Assembly: GCA_040753435.1 (NCBI GenBank)
Contig: JBFMEN010000071.1
Span: 1 to 57,811, forward strand
DNA length: 57,811 nt
Direction of reading: 5' to 3'
Source of the DNA: Candidatus Omnitrophota bacterium
GTDB lineage: Bacteria > Omnitrophota > Gorgyraeia > Zapsychrales > JANLHA01
The first letter of the stretch is position 1. The number at the start of each line of letters is the position of its first letter. Below the pieces are notes generated by a model. It saw only the letters and a program-made list of their open reading frames with translations. It did not search any database and had not been told where the DNA came from. Position numbers and translations under genes: made by a program. Below, in pieces: positions 29,347-38,185 of this stretch.

Positions 29347-31314
29347 CTATTCATATCTTAACGCGTCAATGGGGCTTAATTGCGCGGCTTTGTACGCGGG
29401 CCAGAGGCCGAAGACTATGCCTACGAGGACGGAAAATATCAACGACGCCAGGATTGCCGCAACCGAGATTCTGGTCGCCCAGCCGGCAAAATGAGACAAC
29501 AGGAACGAGGCGCCGCAGCCCAGAAAAATGCCGACCAGTCCCCCAAGGACCGTGAGCATGACCGCTTCGATCAAAAACTGAGCGAGGATATCCTTTTGGC
29601 GGGCGCCGATGGCTTTACGAAGCCCGATCTCATTGGTGCGCTCCGTCACCGACACGAGCATGATATTCATGATCCCTATTCCGCCGACTACAAGGGAAAT
29701 GACCGCGATAAAGCTTAACAACAACGTCATTGTCCTGGTCGTTGAGGTGAACATCTCTTTGATTTCCGTCATGTCGCGGATATTAAAACTTTCGGTGTCC
29801 TCCGGCCCCAGCAGATGTCTTTTCATAATCAGCCCGGCAATCAATTCCTTCGCCGGCTCGATCTGCTCAGTGGAAACGATGTCCGCTTCGATGCTGTCGA
29901 CATAATCTTTCCCGAGGACGCGGTACATGGCCGTGTTAATCGGGATAACGATGACATCGTCCTGGTCGTGCCAGCCCCGTTGTCCTTTTGAGGGGAGAAC
30001 CCCGATGACCCTGAAATTGCTGCGGTTGATCTTGATCGTTTTTCCGATGGGATATTCATTGGGAAAAAGCTCGTTTAAAACAGTCATCCCGATCACGGCC
30101 ACTTTTTCACGCCGGGCCGCTTCCGCAGAAGTAAAAAAACGGCCCATCAGCGGAGTGGCCGACTGAATCTGCTCATATTTTTCCCCGACGCCGTCTATGC
30201 GGGTATTCCAGTTTTTATTTCCGTAAACGACCTGGGCCCGGCCCGTAACCTCGGCAGATGAGGCCTTGACCAAAGGAAGTCGGCCCACCGCCTCCGAGTC
30301 CGCCATGGTTAAACGGGTGACCGTCCCCGCCTCGAGCGAGACCCTTCCGTGCTGGCGCGGCCCCGATCTGATCGACAACACATTCGCGCCCAGGCTTTTC
30401 ATCTGTTCTTTGATCGCCGCATTCGCCCCTTCGCCCAGGGCCATCATCGCGATGACGGCCCCCACGCCGATGAGCACCCCCAAAACCGACAGAATCGTAC
30501 GGACCTTGTTGGCCAGGATCGCGAACCACGCCTGACGCAAGTGATCCCTGATCTCCGCGCTCCCGCCGGCCATTTTCTGATGAAAAATATCGTCGATATT
30601 GACCCCTTCATTTACGGCCGCAGACCTTAAAACAGCCCGGGATTTCCTCGTGTCGTCAACAATCATGCCGTCGCGCATCGTTAAAACGCGCCCCGCATGG
30701 GCAGCCACATCCGCTTCATGAGTGACCATGATGATGGTCCGCCCCTGACCATGCAATTCCTCAAGAAGCGACATGATCTCCCCGGTGCTGTGGCTATCGA
30801 GGTTTCCCGTCGGTTCGTCTGCGAAAAGGATCAGCGGATCGCCGATCAGGGCGCGGGCAATCGCCACCCGCTGCTGCTGCCCTCCTGATAATTGATTGGA
30901 ATGATGGTGAGCCCTGTCGCGCAAACCCACAATCTCAAGCGTCTCGATGGCCTTATGTCCTTCGTTCTGATTGCCCCGATAGACCAGAGGAAGGCTGACG
31001 TTACCCTGGGCTGCCAGCCGGGGCAGAAGATAAAACTTCTGAAAAATAAATCCCATCACAGAATTTCTCAGCTGCGCCCGTTCGTCCTCGGTCAGGCTGC
31101 TCACATCCTTGCCGCATAAAAAATATTTCCCTTCGGTCGGCGAATCGAGCAGCCCCAGGATGTGCATCAAGGTCGATTTACCCGAACCTGACGCGCCCAT
31201 AATGGCCACGAATTCACCCCGCTCGATCGTCAACGATACCTGGTTGAGCGCGGTCACTCCGGACGGCCCGCTGCTGTAGGTTTTGGTAACGCCTTCGAGC
31301 CGGATCATGATCAT
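29347..31314 (-). CDS. macB: MacB-family ABC transporter (ATPase-permease fusion)
   Basis: [58 protein letters not shown]. Confidence 0.9.
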   Translation of the reverse strand: MIMIRLEGVTKTYSSGPSGVTALNQVSLTIERGEFVAIMGASGSGKSTLMHILGLLDSPTEGKYFLCGKDVSSLTEDERAQLRNSVMGFIFQKFYLLPRLAAQGNVSLPLVYRGNQNEGHKAIETLEIVGLRDRAHHHSNQLSGGQQQRVAIARALIGDPLILFADEPTGNLDSHSTGEIMSLLEELHGQGRTIIMVTHEADVAAHAGRVLTMRDGMIVDDTRKSRAVLRSAAVNEGVNIDDIFHQKMAGGSAEIRDHLRQAWFAILANKVRTILSVLGVLIGVGAVIAMMALGEGANAAIKEQMKSLGANVLSIRSGPRQHGRVSLEAGTVTRLTMADSEAVGRLPLVKASSAEVTGRAQVVYGNKNWNTRIDGVGEKYEQIQSATPLMGRFFTSAEAARREKVAVIGMTVLNELFPNEYPIGKTIKINRSNFRVIGVLPSKGQRGWHDQDDVIVIPINTAMYRVLGKDYVDSIEADIVSTEQIEPAKELIAGLIMKRHLLGPEDTESFNIRDMTEIKEMFTSTTRTMTLLLSFIAVISLVVGGIGIMNIMLVSVTERTNEIGLRKAIGARQKDILAQFLIEAVMLTVLGGLVGIFLGCGASFLLSHFAGWATRISVAAILASLIFSVLVGIVFGLWPAYKAAQLSPIDALRYE

Positions 31315-32273
31315 TGCCTCCGGCGGTTCGGCATAAAGGGATTTCTCCCGTTTTCATTTTTTGAAAGCCTGTCGCGGGATTCCTGGACAAAGATAATCAC
31401 ATCGTCTTCGTTTAAACCCGACACGATCTCCGTGCTTTCATTATCCGTGAGCCCCGTGACGAGAACCGCCTTCTCTTCTTTTCTCCCCCGCCTCAATACC
31501 ATGACAAAAGGCCGGCCATCCCCGTCGCTCTGGATTACATGGCTCGGCAGCATTAAACTGTTTTCTTTCTGGGCGCGGATAATATCCGCGTTGGCGCTCA
31601 TGCCCGATCGGAAGACATCCGGAATTTCGTCGGGAATGATGTCGACTTCATAAATCGTGACATTATTGACAAGCAGGGATTCGAATGAAATGTGCGCGAC
31701 CGTCCCTTCCACCCGGATTTCCGGATAAGCGTCGAGTTTTACCACAGCCCTCTGTCCCGCTTGAACATATCCGATGTCCGTTTCATCGACTTGCGCCACC
31801 ACCACCAGACGGTCTGAAAGAACCATGACCTCATCGGAAACCGTCACGGACTGGCCGGGTTCGAAATTCCTGACGATCACTTCCCCGTCGATCGGAGCGA
31901 CCAGCGGGATCGGCTTGTACACTTCTTCCCAGTAAGCAAGAGTCTCCTGGTCCCTGAGTTTGGCCGCGTCAAGCAATGAGGCGCGTTCGGTCGAACTGAG
32001 CAGGGCAATAATATCTCCCGCCTTGACCCTGTCCCCTTCCTTAAAAAAAATCTTTTCGATCCGCCCGGGAACCGATGTCTTTATCACCAGTCGGTTCTGG
32101 GGCTTGACGAACCCCGTTGTGGAAACCATCTGTTTTATCTTGCCGTAAGAAGGCTTGAGCCTGACAGCCTCTGTTTTTTCCGAAGAGCCCGTGCGCGCCC
32201 ATAAAACCGCAATGACGATAATTAAAATAACGGCGGCGGCCAGGCCCCGTTTTGTTTTAATAAATTTTTTCAT
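31311..32273 (-). CDS. macA: MacA-type periplasmic adaptor subunit
   Basis: TM anchor; lipoyl-like KEGDRVKAGD, APIDG, VDETDIG, RSGMSANADI; lies between tolC-like and macB. Confidence 0.8.
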   Translation of the reverse strand: MKKFIKTKRGLAAAVILIIVIAVLWARTGSSEKTEAVRLKPSYGKIKQMVSTTGFVKPQNRLVIKTSVPGRIEKIFFKEGDRVKAGDIIALLSSTERASLLDAAKLRDQETLAYWEEVYKPIPLVAPIDGEVIVRNFEPGQSVTVSDEVMVLSDRLVVVAQVDETDIGYVQAGQRAVVKLDAYPEIRVEGTVAHISFESLLVNNVTIYEVDIIPDEIPDVFRSGMSANADIIRAQKENSLMLPSHVIQSDGDGRPFVMVLRRGRKEEKAVLVTGLTDNESTEIVSGLNEDDVIIFVQESRDRLSKNENGRNPFMPNRRRQ

Positions 32274-33522
32274 GAATCGTCCCCCCTAATGAATGGATCC
32301 ATTCCGCCTCGGCCTGAAGCATCCCCGCCCTGGCGGAAAGGTCGTTCCGCTGCGCCGTTACTAAATTATTTTCGATAATAATCCAGTCGTCAAAACCGAT
32401 AAGACCGTTCTCATATTGAACAGAGGCTATTTTGGCGCGCTCCTCGCTCGCCCGCAGAAATTCTTGTCTGAACTCAACTGTTTCGATCGCGTCCTGAAGT
32501 CCTTTCCACCTGTCCTCCAAAGTTAACAGGACCTGCTGGCGGCCTGTCTGTTCCGTGGCCCCGGCCTGAAGAAAAGCGACATGGGATCTTTTAATCGTCG
32601 CCGCATTCTCTCCTCCTTCAAAAAGCGGAATCGACAGAGACAGACCGAACGAAACGCCGCGGTCATCGCCCCAGAATTCATCGCCCGACTTGCCCAGCGA
32701 ACTCACGGCCGAAACCGCCGGCCAAATCCGGCCCTTCGCCGAATGCTTATCCAGCATCGCGGCTTCCCTGGCCGCGGCCAGTTCGTTCAAAAACGGGATC
32801 GTCTCAAGCAGACTGTTCAGATCCGGTTTCTGCGCATGAAATTCGCTCAATTCAAATTCTCCTTCGACAAAAACGTTCCTCATCTGTTCCGTTCCCATGG
32901 CGATGAACAATCTCCGTCGGGCCAACACAAGCCCGCGCCCGGCTTCCCTGACATTAAATTGGGCCTCCGCCAATTCCGCTTTGGCGGTCAAAAGCGCCCC
33001 GCGATGTTCCCGCCCGCCCTCATACCTCAACTCGATCATTTGCAAATTCTGCCGCTTCCGGTCGCGAATCTCTTCCGTCAACGTAACAAACCTTTGAGCT
33101 TCCATGACATCGATGTATGCCGCCCTGATGTCCAGCAGGACATCAGAGGCAGTCACTTCATAAGCGAACTGCTGCTCATCAACGCGTTTTCGCGCGGCCT
33201 TAAGCGCATAAGGAGTTTTCAATCCATCGAATAAAAGCCAGGAAGTGACAATCTTGTGATTGTAGGCATTCGCCCATTTGCCCCCGGTTTCGGCTCGGTT
33301 GAACGTCGATGTTCCGGAAATTTCAGGAAACAGGCCGCTTCTGGCAATGTCCTCGCTGAATTGCGCTTCCTCAATATCAAGCCCGGCGGACCTTAACTCC
33401 GGTTGAAGTTCAAGTGTTTTGGCAACGACTTCTTCCCACTTCAGGACATCTTCGGCCGGGGCCGTCCTTGCCGTCAGGGCGAGCAGACAACATGACAGGA
33501 TAAATAAAAATCTTTTTCGCAT
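32257..33522 (-). CDS. TolC-family outer-membrane efflux protein
   Basis: Signal peptide; WLLFDG, RYEGG, IPLFEGG, YENGL duplicated OEP halves. Confidence 0.88.
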   Translation of the reverse strand: MRKRFLFILSCCLLALTARTAPAEDVLKWEEVVAKTLELQPELRSAGLDIEEAQFSEDIARSGLFPEISGTSTFNRAETGGKWANAYNHKIVTSWLLFDGLKTPYALKAARKRVDEQQFAYEVTASDVLLDIRAAYIDVMEAQRFVTLTEEIRDRKRQNLQMIELRYEGGREHRGALLTAKAELAEAQFNVREAGRGLVLARRRLFIAMGTEQMRNVFVEGEFELSEFHAQKPDLNSLLETIPFLNELAAAREAAMLDKHSAKGRIWPAVSAVSSLGKSGDEFWGDDRGVSFGLSLSIPLFEGGENAATIKRSHVAFLQAGATEQTGRQQVLLTLEDRWKGLQDAIETVEFRQEFLRASEERAKIASVQYENGLIGFDDWIIIENNLVTAQRNDLSARAGMLQAEAEWIHSLGGTIHEKIY

Positions 33523-33622
33523 ATTCGGATTTCAAATTTATAAATAGATCATTCGAATATCACATTCCGCATTGCTACTTTAAAATTAGTATCAATATAT
33601 ATATTCTGACGTTTTCATTTAT

Positions 33623-33651
33623 TTAGACAATGATTAAAGTAAAAAAGTTTC
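33623..33651 (-). promoter_or_regulatory. Second ECF sigma promoter upstream of tolC-macA-macB
   Basis: Minus strand GAAACTT-N16-GTCTAA, same spacing as the 29299-29327 site. Confidence 0.68.
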
Positions 33652-33711
33652 ATTAATATTTATATCATTACTGTCCAAATTATTGCCCTTATTGCGCTAT
33701 GAATTTCCTCC

Positions 33712-33742
33712 CCCCTTGCCTGCCTGACCGGCAGGCAAGGGG
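33712..33742. repeat. Perfect 13-bp hairpin (CCTGCC..GGCAGG REP-like or terminator)
   Basis: CCCCTTGCCTGCC-TGACC-GGCAGGCAAGGGG. Confidence 0.6.
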
Positions 33743-33829
33743 AAAGGATCTGTAATTTGGAAATATCTGTATTTATATGGATGTTTTTAGGACTTGATTG
33801 AGCCGCGATTGCAGACTTCGGATATGATT

Positions 33830-34477
33830 TTACTTCCTCACCCTGAGCCTCTGGACGACATCGAGGGCGTCGTCGACGGTTGAGGTGACATCCAGGATGA
33901 TTTGGGCTGACATCTCCAGCAGGCCGGATTCACTTTCGTCTTTATACAACCCGTCTTTTTTATTCAGCAAAAAATTTTCGCATTTGCTGCGGATCACACC
34001 CAGCAGATTGACGAGCTTGTGAAAATCTTTCCCTCCAAGCGACTCCTTCGGCTGCACCACCTGGCTGATTCCTGCGCCGGCATATTCGGGACTGATAATC
34101 AGATTATGCCCGGTCAACCTGCTGATGACTGCGCCAAGCCTTTCCAGAATCACGGGCTTGTGAAAATACTCCGCAACGCCCATTTCACAAATGACCTCTA
34201 CCTCTGCATCAGGGAGCATCTGACCGGTAATAACGACCACCTTGGTCTCCTTGTCACGCTCGCGCAGTTTCTTTAAAACTTCCCGCCCGTTAAGATCATT
34301 CAGGGAAAAATCCAGAATCACGACGTTGGGTTTGCTAATTTCGATCAGGGAAAGCGCTTCCAGGCCGCTCGCAGTCGTAGAAACATAAAACCCGCGCCTG
34401 CCCAGGTAGGACTGAAGGGCGCTGGAAATGTCGGGCTCATCTTCAACGATCAGGATTTTGGGATGGGTGGCACCCAT
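33830..34477 (-). CDS. Response regulator receiver fused to a HisKA/DHp-like helical hairpin (no ATPase domain)
   Basis: ILIVEDE..VILDFSL..VITG..FHKP; C-terminal FHKLVNLLGVI H-box-like helix. Confidence 0.78.
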   Translation of the reverse strand: MGATHPKILIVEDEPDISSALQSYLGRRGFYVSTTASGLEALSLIEISKPNVVILDFSLNDLNGREVLKKLRERDKETKVVVITGQMLPDAEVEVICEMGVAEYFHKPVILERLGAVISRLTGHNLIISPEYAGAGISQVVQPKESLGGKDFHKLVNLLGVIRSKCENFLLNKKDGLYKDESESGLLEMSAQIILDVTSTVDDALDVVQRLRVRK

Positions 34478-34537
34478 AACAGAAGTATACCATGGCTTTT
34501 TTAATTAAACGAGAAAGGAATGCGGAAATGCCGGCAA

Positions 34538-34625
34538 ATGAAGCCTACCTTAACTCCTCGAGGCGAGCCTCGAGGTATCCTGAAAAAGGCTTCATTCCGC
34601 GCAGCAAGCTGCGGGGCATGAACCC
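34538..34625. repeat. Nested GC-rich REP-like palindromes
   Basis: ATGAAGCCT...AGGCTTCAT enclosing CCTCGAGGC-GA-GCCTCGAGG, then CGCAGC-AA-GCTGCG. Confidence 0.55.
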
Positions 34626-34747
34626 TTGCAAGCGAAATCAAAAAAAGAAAAGCGAAAGGCTTCACCTGGGCGAGAGGATCTTAACTTTTCGCTTTTCGCT
34701 CCCTGCACCGCTTCCGGTAGAGGGATAAACCCCGTTCGCTCTGCGCT

Positions 34748-34978
34748 TTATAAAATATCCTCAATCAGCGTAACGACCGGTTTTTCGTCGAGTTGTCTTC
34801 CCCAAGGGTAGTAATCGAGAACCTCGCCTTCCCGCATCACGATATCGAAGACCTCCCTTTCCTTTTCCTGGTCCAGCAAATCTACGACTTGCCTGATCAC
34901 CCGTTTTTTGGTAAGGCGGACCATGACCCGGACATTCTTTAACTCATTATTATTAAACACCAGCAAAATTTTCATCAT
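34748..34978 (-). CDS. Small hypothetical protein
   Basis: 76 aa; GAGGAAGG RBS; follows the upstream small ORF by 12 bp. Confidence 0.65.
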   Translation of the reverse strand: MMKILLVFNNNELKNVRVMVRLTKKRVIRQVVDLLDQEKEREVFDIVMREGEVLDYYPWGRQLDEKPVVTLIEDIL

Positions 34979-34990
34979 GCCTTCCTCTTA

Positions 34991-35149
34991 TTACCGCAGC
35001 GCTTTCATAAAAACATGGGGAAAATTGTCCCCCACGGCGACGTCATTTTCAGTGATTTGAACGGGCTTAACCGGCATCAACGAAAGCGCGGTCACGCCTG
35101 CCAGCCGGGCCTTGAAGATTTCTTCAATTTTGTCAAACAGTTCAATCAT
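34991..35149 (-). CDS. Small hypothetical protein
   Basis: ATG 35149 (MIELFDK) with AGGAAAG RBS; the longer start at 35245 overlaps the operator repeats. Confidence 0.5.
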   Translation of the reverse strand: MIELFDKIEEIFKARLAGVTALSLMPVKPVQITENDVAVGDNFPHVFMKALR

Positions 35150-35190
35150 CGCTCTTTCCTTGTCATCTCTTAACTCAAAGATAGCACCTG

Positions 35191-35344
35191 ATATGACAAA
35201 AAACAAACGCGCAAGATATTTTTTGTCATATATATTATTTATCATAACAGCCTGTTTCTTAATAATTTACGTTTTTAAGATAGATTTTTAAAAAATTTTT
35301 TTAATCGATATGACAAAATTAATCCCAAATAGTTCAATTTTGTC
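35191..35344. promoter_or_regulatory. Two GACAAAA-N19-TTTTGTC inverted-repeat operators in a divergent promoter region
   Basis: 35195-35227 and 35312-35344, identical arms and identical 19-bp spacer. Confidence 0.65.
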
Positions 35345-35472
35345 TTGACAGGCCAGGGGGAATGAACTAGGCTTTTATTAACTGATTAAAATGAGAAGCA
35401 GGAAAAGAATGGCGAAAAGTGAAAAAAATTCCTTATTTTCGCCCTTCTGCTTTTGTTTCCAAACTATACGCC

Positions 35473-36039
35473 ATGAAACTCTACGAAAAAATAAAGAAGA
35501 TCCGCGAAGACATGGGGTTGACTATTCAGGACGTCCATGACCGGGGGATTACTATTTTCGGTCCAAAAAAAGCCTTGAGCTACCGCACCCTTCAACGAAT
35601 CGAAAAAGGGCAGTTGTCCAAATTTTCATCTGTTCTCAAGATTTGCTGCGCGCTTGGGATTACCCTGGAAAAACTGATCGAGGAAACCGAACTGGAAGAC
35701 CGGATGGTCATCCGGAAAAACGAGCGTCTTGATGAGTACACGTACAATGACAAAGTATTCGCGAGCATTACGAGCTGTCCGAGCCGGAGTTTTCTGGCCA
35801 TGGAGTTGACGCTTGAACCCGGCGGCACCACAATGATTGAGCAGAGTCCGGAGCATCAATCATTTGAAAAGTGGATTTACGTAGTCGAAGGAGAGCTGAC
35901 CTGCCATCTCGGGGAGGAGACGTTCCTTCTCAAAAAAAAGGACGCGATTTCATTCAACAGCAGCATCCGCCATCGTTTCGAAAATCTTTCCGGAAAAAAA
36001 TGCGTCTGCGCGATGGTCCAGAATCCAAAACACTTTTAA
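35473..36039 (+). CDS. XRE-family HTH + cupin transcriptional regulator
   Basis: IKKIREDMGLTIQDV...TLQRIEKG; EKWIYVVEGEL, DAISFNSSIRHRFEN. Confidence 0.88.
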   Translation: MKLYEKIKKIREDMGLTIQDVHDRGITIFGPKKALSYRTLQRIEKGQLSKFSSVLKICCALGITLEKLIEETELEDRMVIRKNERLDEYTYNDKVFASITSCPSRSFLAMELTLEPGGTTMIEQSPEHQSFEKWIYVVEGELTCHLGEETFLLKKKDAISFNSSIRHRFENLSGKKCVCAMVQNPKHF

Positions 36040-36292
36040 AAATCAAGAAATGAGCAGTTAATAACTAATAATTGAACCAGTTGTTCGTCAGGCAAATTTA
36101 AAACTTGCGGTTTCGTTCGGGTTTCGCATCCCGGATTTCAAATTTGCAAGCACGCCATTCGCAGATCATCTTCAAAAGCTGTTGTCAACTCGACATTAAA
36201 CCGGCACAAATTGAGAAGGCTTCCGCAGTCCTCCCGCCGATTTACAGCTGAATTTCAACTTCGTCTAATTTGAACGGCAAGACTCTCAACCA

Positions 36293-37069
36293 TTAATGAC
36301 TGGTTTTCTCTCTCAGTTTCCCTAAACTTATCAGCAAGGTTTTGAGCTTTTCATCGAACGCGGTCAGGGAGACCGGCTTGGAGATATAATCCGCCGCGCC
36401 CATACCGACAGCCTGACTGACGACCTCGCCGCTTTTCCATGCGCTGATTACGATGACCTTCGAGGAAGGACTGATATCCTTGATCCTGGTGATCACGTCG
36501 ATACCGCTCAATCCCGGCATTTTAATATCAAGCAAAATAATGTCGGGCTTCAGCCGCTGCACCTGATCAACGGCCTGGGCTCCTTCCGAAGCCTCGTCGA
36601 TCACGCATTCATAACGCCTGCCGATAAAATCACGCATCGTCTTGCGGAACTCTTCTTCATCGTCGACCAGTAAAAGCGACGGGATCTGCATCCGCCCTTT
36701 CCGGTTAAGGACATCGCCTATTTTGTGAACCACGGCATCCCGCAGATAATTGCGGCTGAAGGGTTTGGTAATAAACCCGTCGGCCCCGGCTGCAATCGCC
36801 GCTTCGCGTGTCTCCCGGTCCTGTTTGGCCGTGACCATAATCACAATCAGGTCTGAATACCTGGCCTTAATCTCCTTCAAAAGTTCAATTCCGTCGACAT
36901 CAGGCATCAAAATATCCAGAAAAACGATCTGGGGATGTTCTTTTTCAATGATCGCCAGGGCTTTTTTGGCCGTTGTCGCCGCGAAAACGGAAAACCCGAT
37001 GTATGTGAACGTCTTTCTAATAACGTCGCAAACCCCGGCCTCATCGTCAACTACCAGCATTTTAATCAT
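36293..37069 (-). CDS. Tandem receiver (REC-REC) response regulator
   Basis: GGAGGAG RBS before ATG 37069; LVVDDE..FLDILMPD..TKP and LLVDDE..LLDIKMPG..SKP. Confidence 0.9.
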   Translation of the reverse strand: MIKMLVVDDEAGVCDVIRKTFTYIGFSVFAATTAKKALAIIEKEHPQIVFLDILMPDVDGIELLKEIKARYSDLIVIMVTAKQDRETREAAIAAGADGFITKPFSRNYLRDAVVHKIGDVLNRKGRMQIPSLLLVDDEEEFRKTMRDFIGRRYECVIDEASEGAQAVDQVQRLKPDIILLDIKMPGLSGIDVITRIKDISPSSKVIVISAWKSGEVVSQAVGMGAADYISKPVSLTAFDEKLKTLLISLGKLREKTSH

Positions 37070-37130
37070 GTGACTCCTCCAAGAATTGAAGCGTTCCGCG
37101 GGGGATTGGTCGGCTTTGGTTTTTAAAAAA

Positions 37131-37613
37131 TTAATGTCCTTGTTCTTTGTTCGTGGCTTCCCTGAGTTTGTCGAGGAATTTCCGGATGCTGACCGTGTAA
37201 TCCAGCAGTTTTGCCGCTTCTTCGACGGGGATCGCCTGCTCGTCAAGCGGATCGAGAAAAAAACTGACTCGGAAATTGATGCAATGGATGTCGTTGGCGA
37301 TGTGGTGCGTGAAGAATTCATGGATCAGCGGATGGAGACCGGGTGCGGGCTCTTCGCCGGTCTCGATGTCTTGCGTATGCAGGATCCTGCGCACCGTCTC
37401 GATGATCTTCCGGGTGTAATCCAGAATGCGCTTTCCATCCTCAATGCCGATCGGCTCGTTCTTCTCGATACTGATCAGGGCGATAAAGCTGATCGCCGAA
37501 ACATAATCGCCAAGGTAATGATACATGGCGTCCCAGACAAGCGGCGGGACCGTAATGTTTTCTCGCCGGATCTTTTCATACAAATCTTTTTCGTTACTGA
37601 ACGGATTCGCCAC
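37131..37613 (-). CDS. Internally duplicated His-box protein (putative phosphotransfer, DHp-like)
   Basis: Two ~60-aa halves: PLVWDAMYHYLGDYVSAI...RILDYT and PLIHEFFTHHIANDIHCI...KLLDYT; overlaps the upstream REC gene. Confidence 0.6.
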   Translation of the reverse strand: MANPFSNEKDLYEKIRRENITVPPLVWDAMYHYLGDYVSAISFIALISIEKNEPIGIEDGKRILDYTRKIIETVRRILHTQDIETGEEPAPGLHPLIHEFFTHHIANDIHCINFRVSFFLDPLDEQAIPVEEAAKLLDYTVSIRKFLDKLREATNKEQGH

Positions 37614-38007
37614 TATCCCGCCTTTCTCTGATCCTGCCTGCGATACCCATGACTACGTCGCGCCATTCCCTGGAGTCAAGCGGCTTTAAAAGATAGTGGC
37701 CGGCGCCGAGAGCCGTTGCTTTGGCAATCGATTCTTTTTCGGTGATTCGCGTGACCATAATGCATTCGACGGAAGGATCAATCTTCTTTATTTTTTCAAG
37801 AACCTCAAGTCCATCCAGTTTGGAAAAACCCAGCCTGACGTCGATGACGCACAACTCGGGCAGCCTTTCCTCAAATAATTTCACAGCGTCGACTCCGTCA
37901 ACCGTGTAAAAAGCGTCGAGACCTCTGACTTTCAACAGTCCGGCCATGGCTTGCGCGAGGCCTTCCTCGTCTTCAACGATAAGAACCTTGACTGGATGAT
38001 CGCTCAT
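37594..38007 (-). CDS. Single-domain response regulator (CheY-like)
   Basis: VLIVEDE, CVIDVRL, MVTR, LLKP; AGGAGG RBS. Confidence 0.9.
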   Translation of the reverse strand: MSDHPVKVLIVEDEEGLAQAMAGLLKVRGLDAFYTVDGVDAVKLFEERLPELCVIDVRLGFSKLDGLEVLEKIKKIDPSVECIMVTRITEKESIAKATALGAGHYLLKPLDSREWRDVVMGIAGRIRERRDSGESVQ

Positions 38008-38185
38008 TGCTCCTCCTGAAACATTAATGTTTTTCAGTCCTCGTTAGGGGTTATTTCCATCGGGGAAGGGCCGAAACCCTTTCCTGTTATTATTTCTAGT
38101 AACAATATTAATATCATAATTATTAAACAAAAAACATAGTCTGAGGGAACTTTTGCTGACTGTTTTCGCCTTTTTTTCGCAATTA

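Noticed and set aside
36040-36292. ncRNA or selenoprotein ORF in the convergent gap
   Set aside because: Only short ORFs and weak hairpins; no recognisable RNA family or SECIS-like support.
37070-37321. 84-aa N-terminal extension of the REC-REC ORF
   Set aside because: It overlaps the 37131-37613 gene in another frame; a strong GGAGGAG RBS supports ATG 37069.
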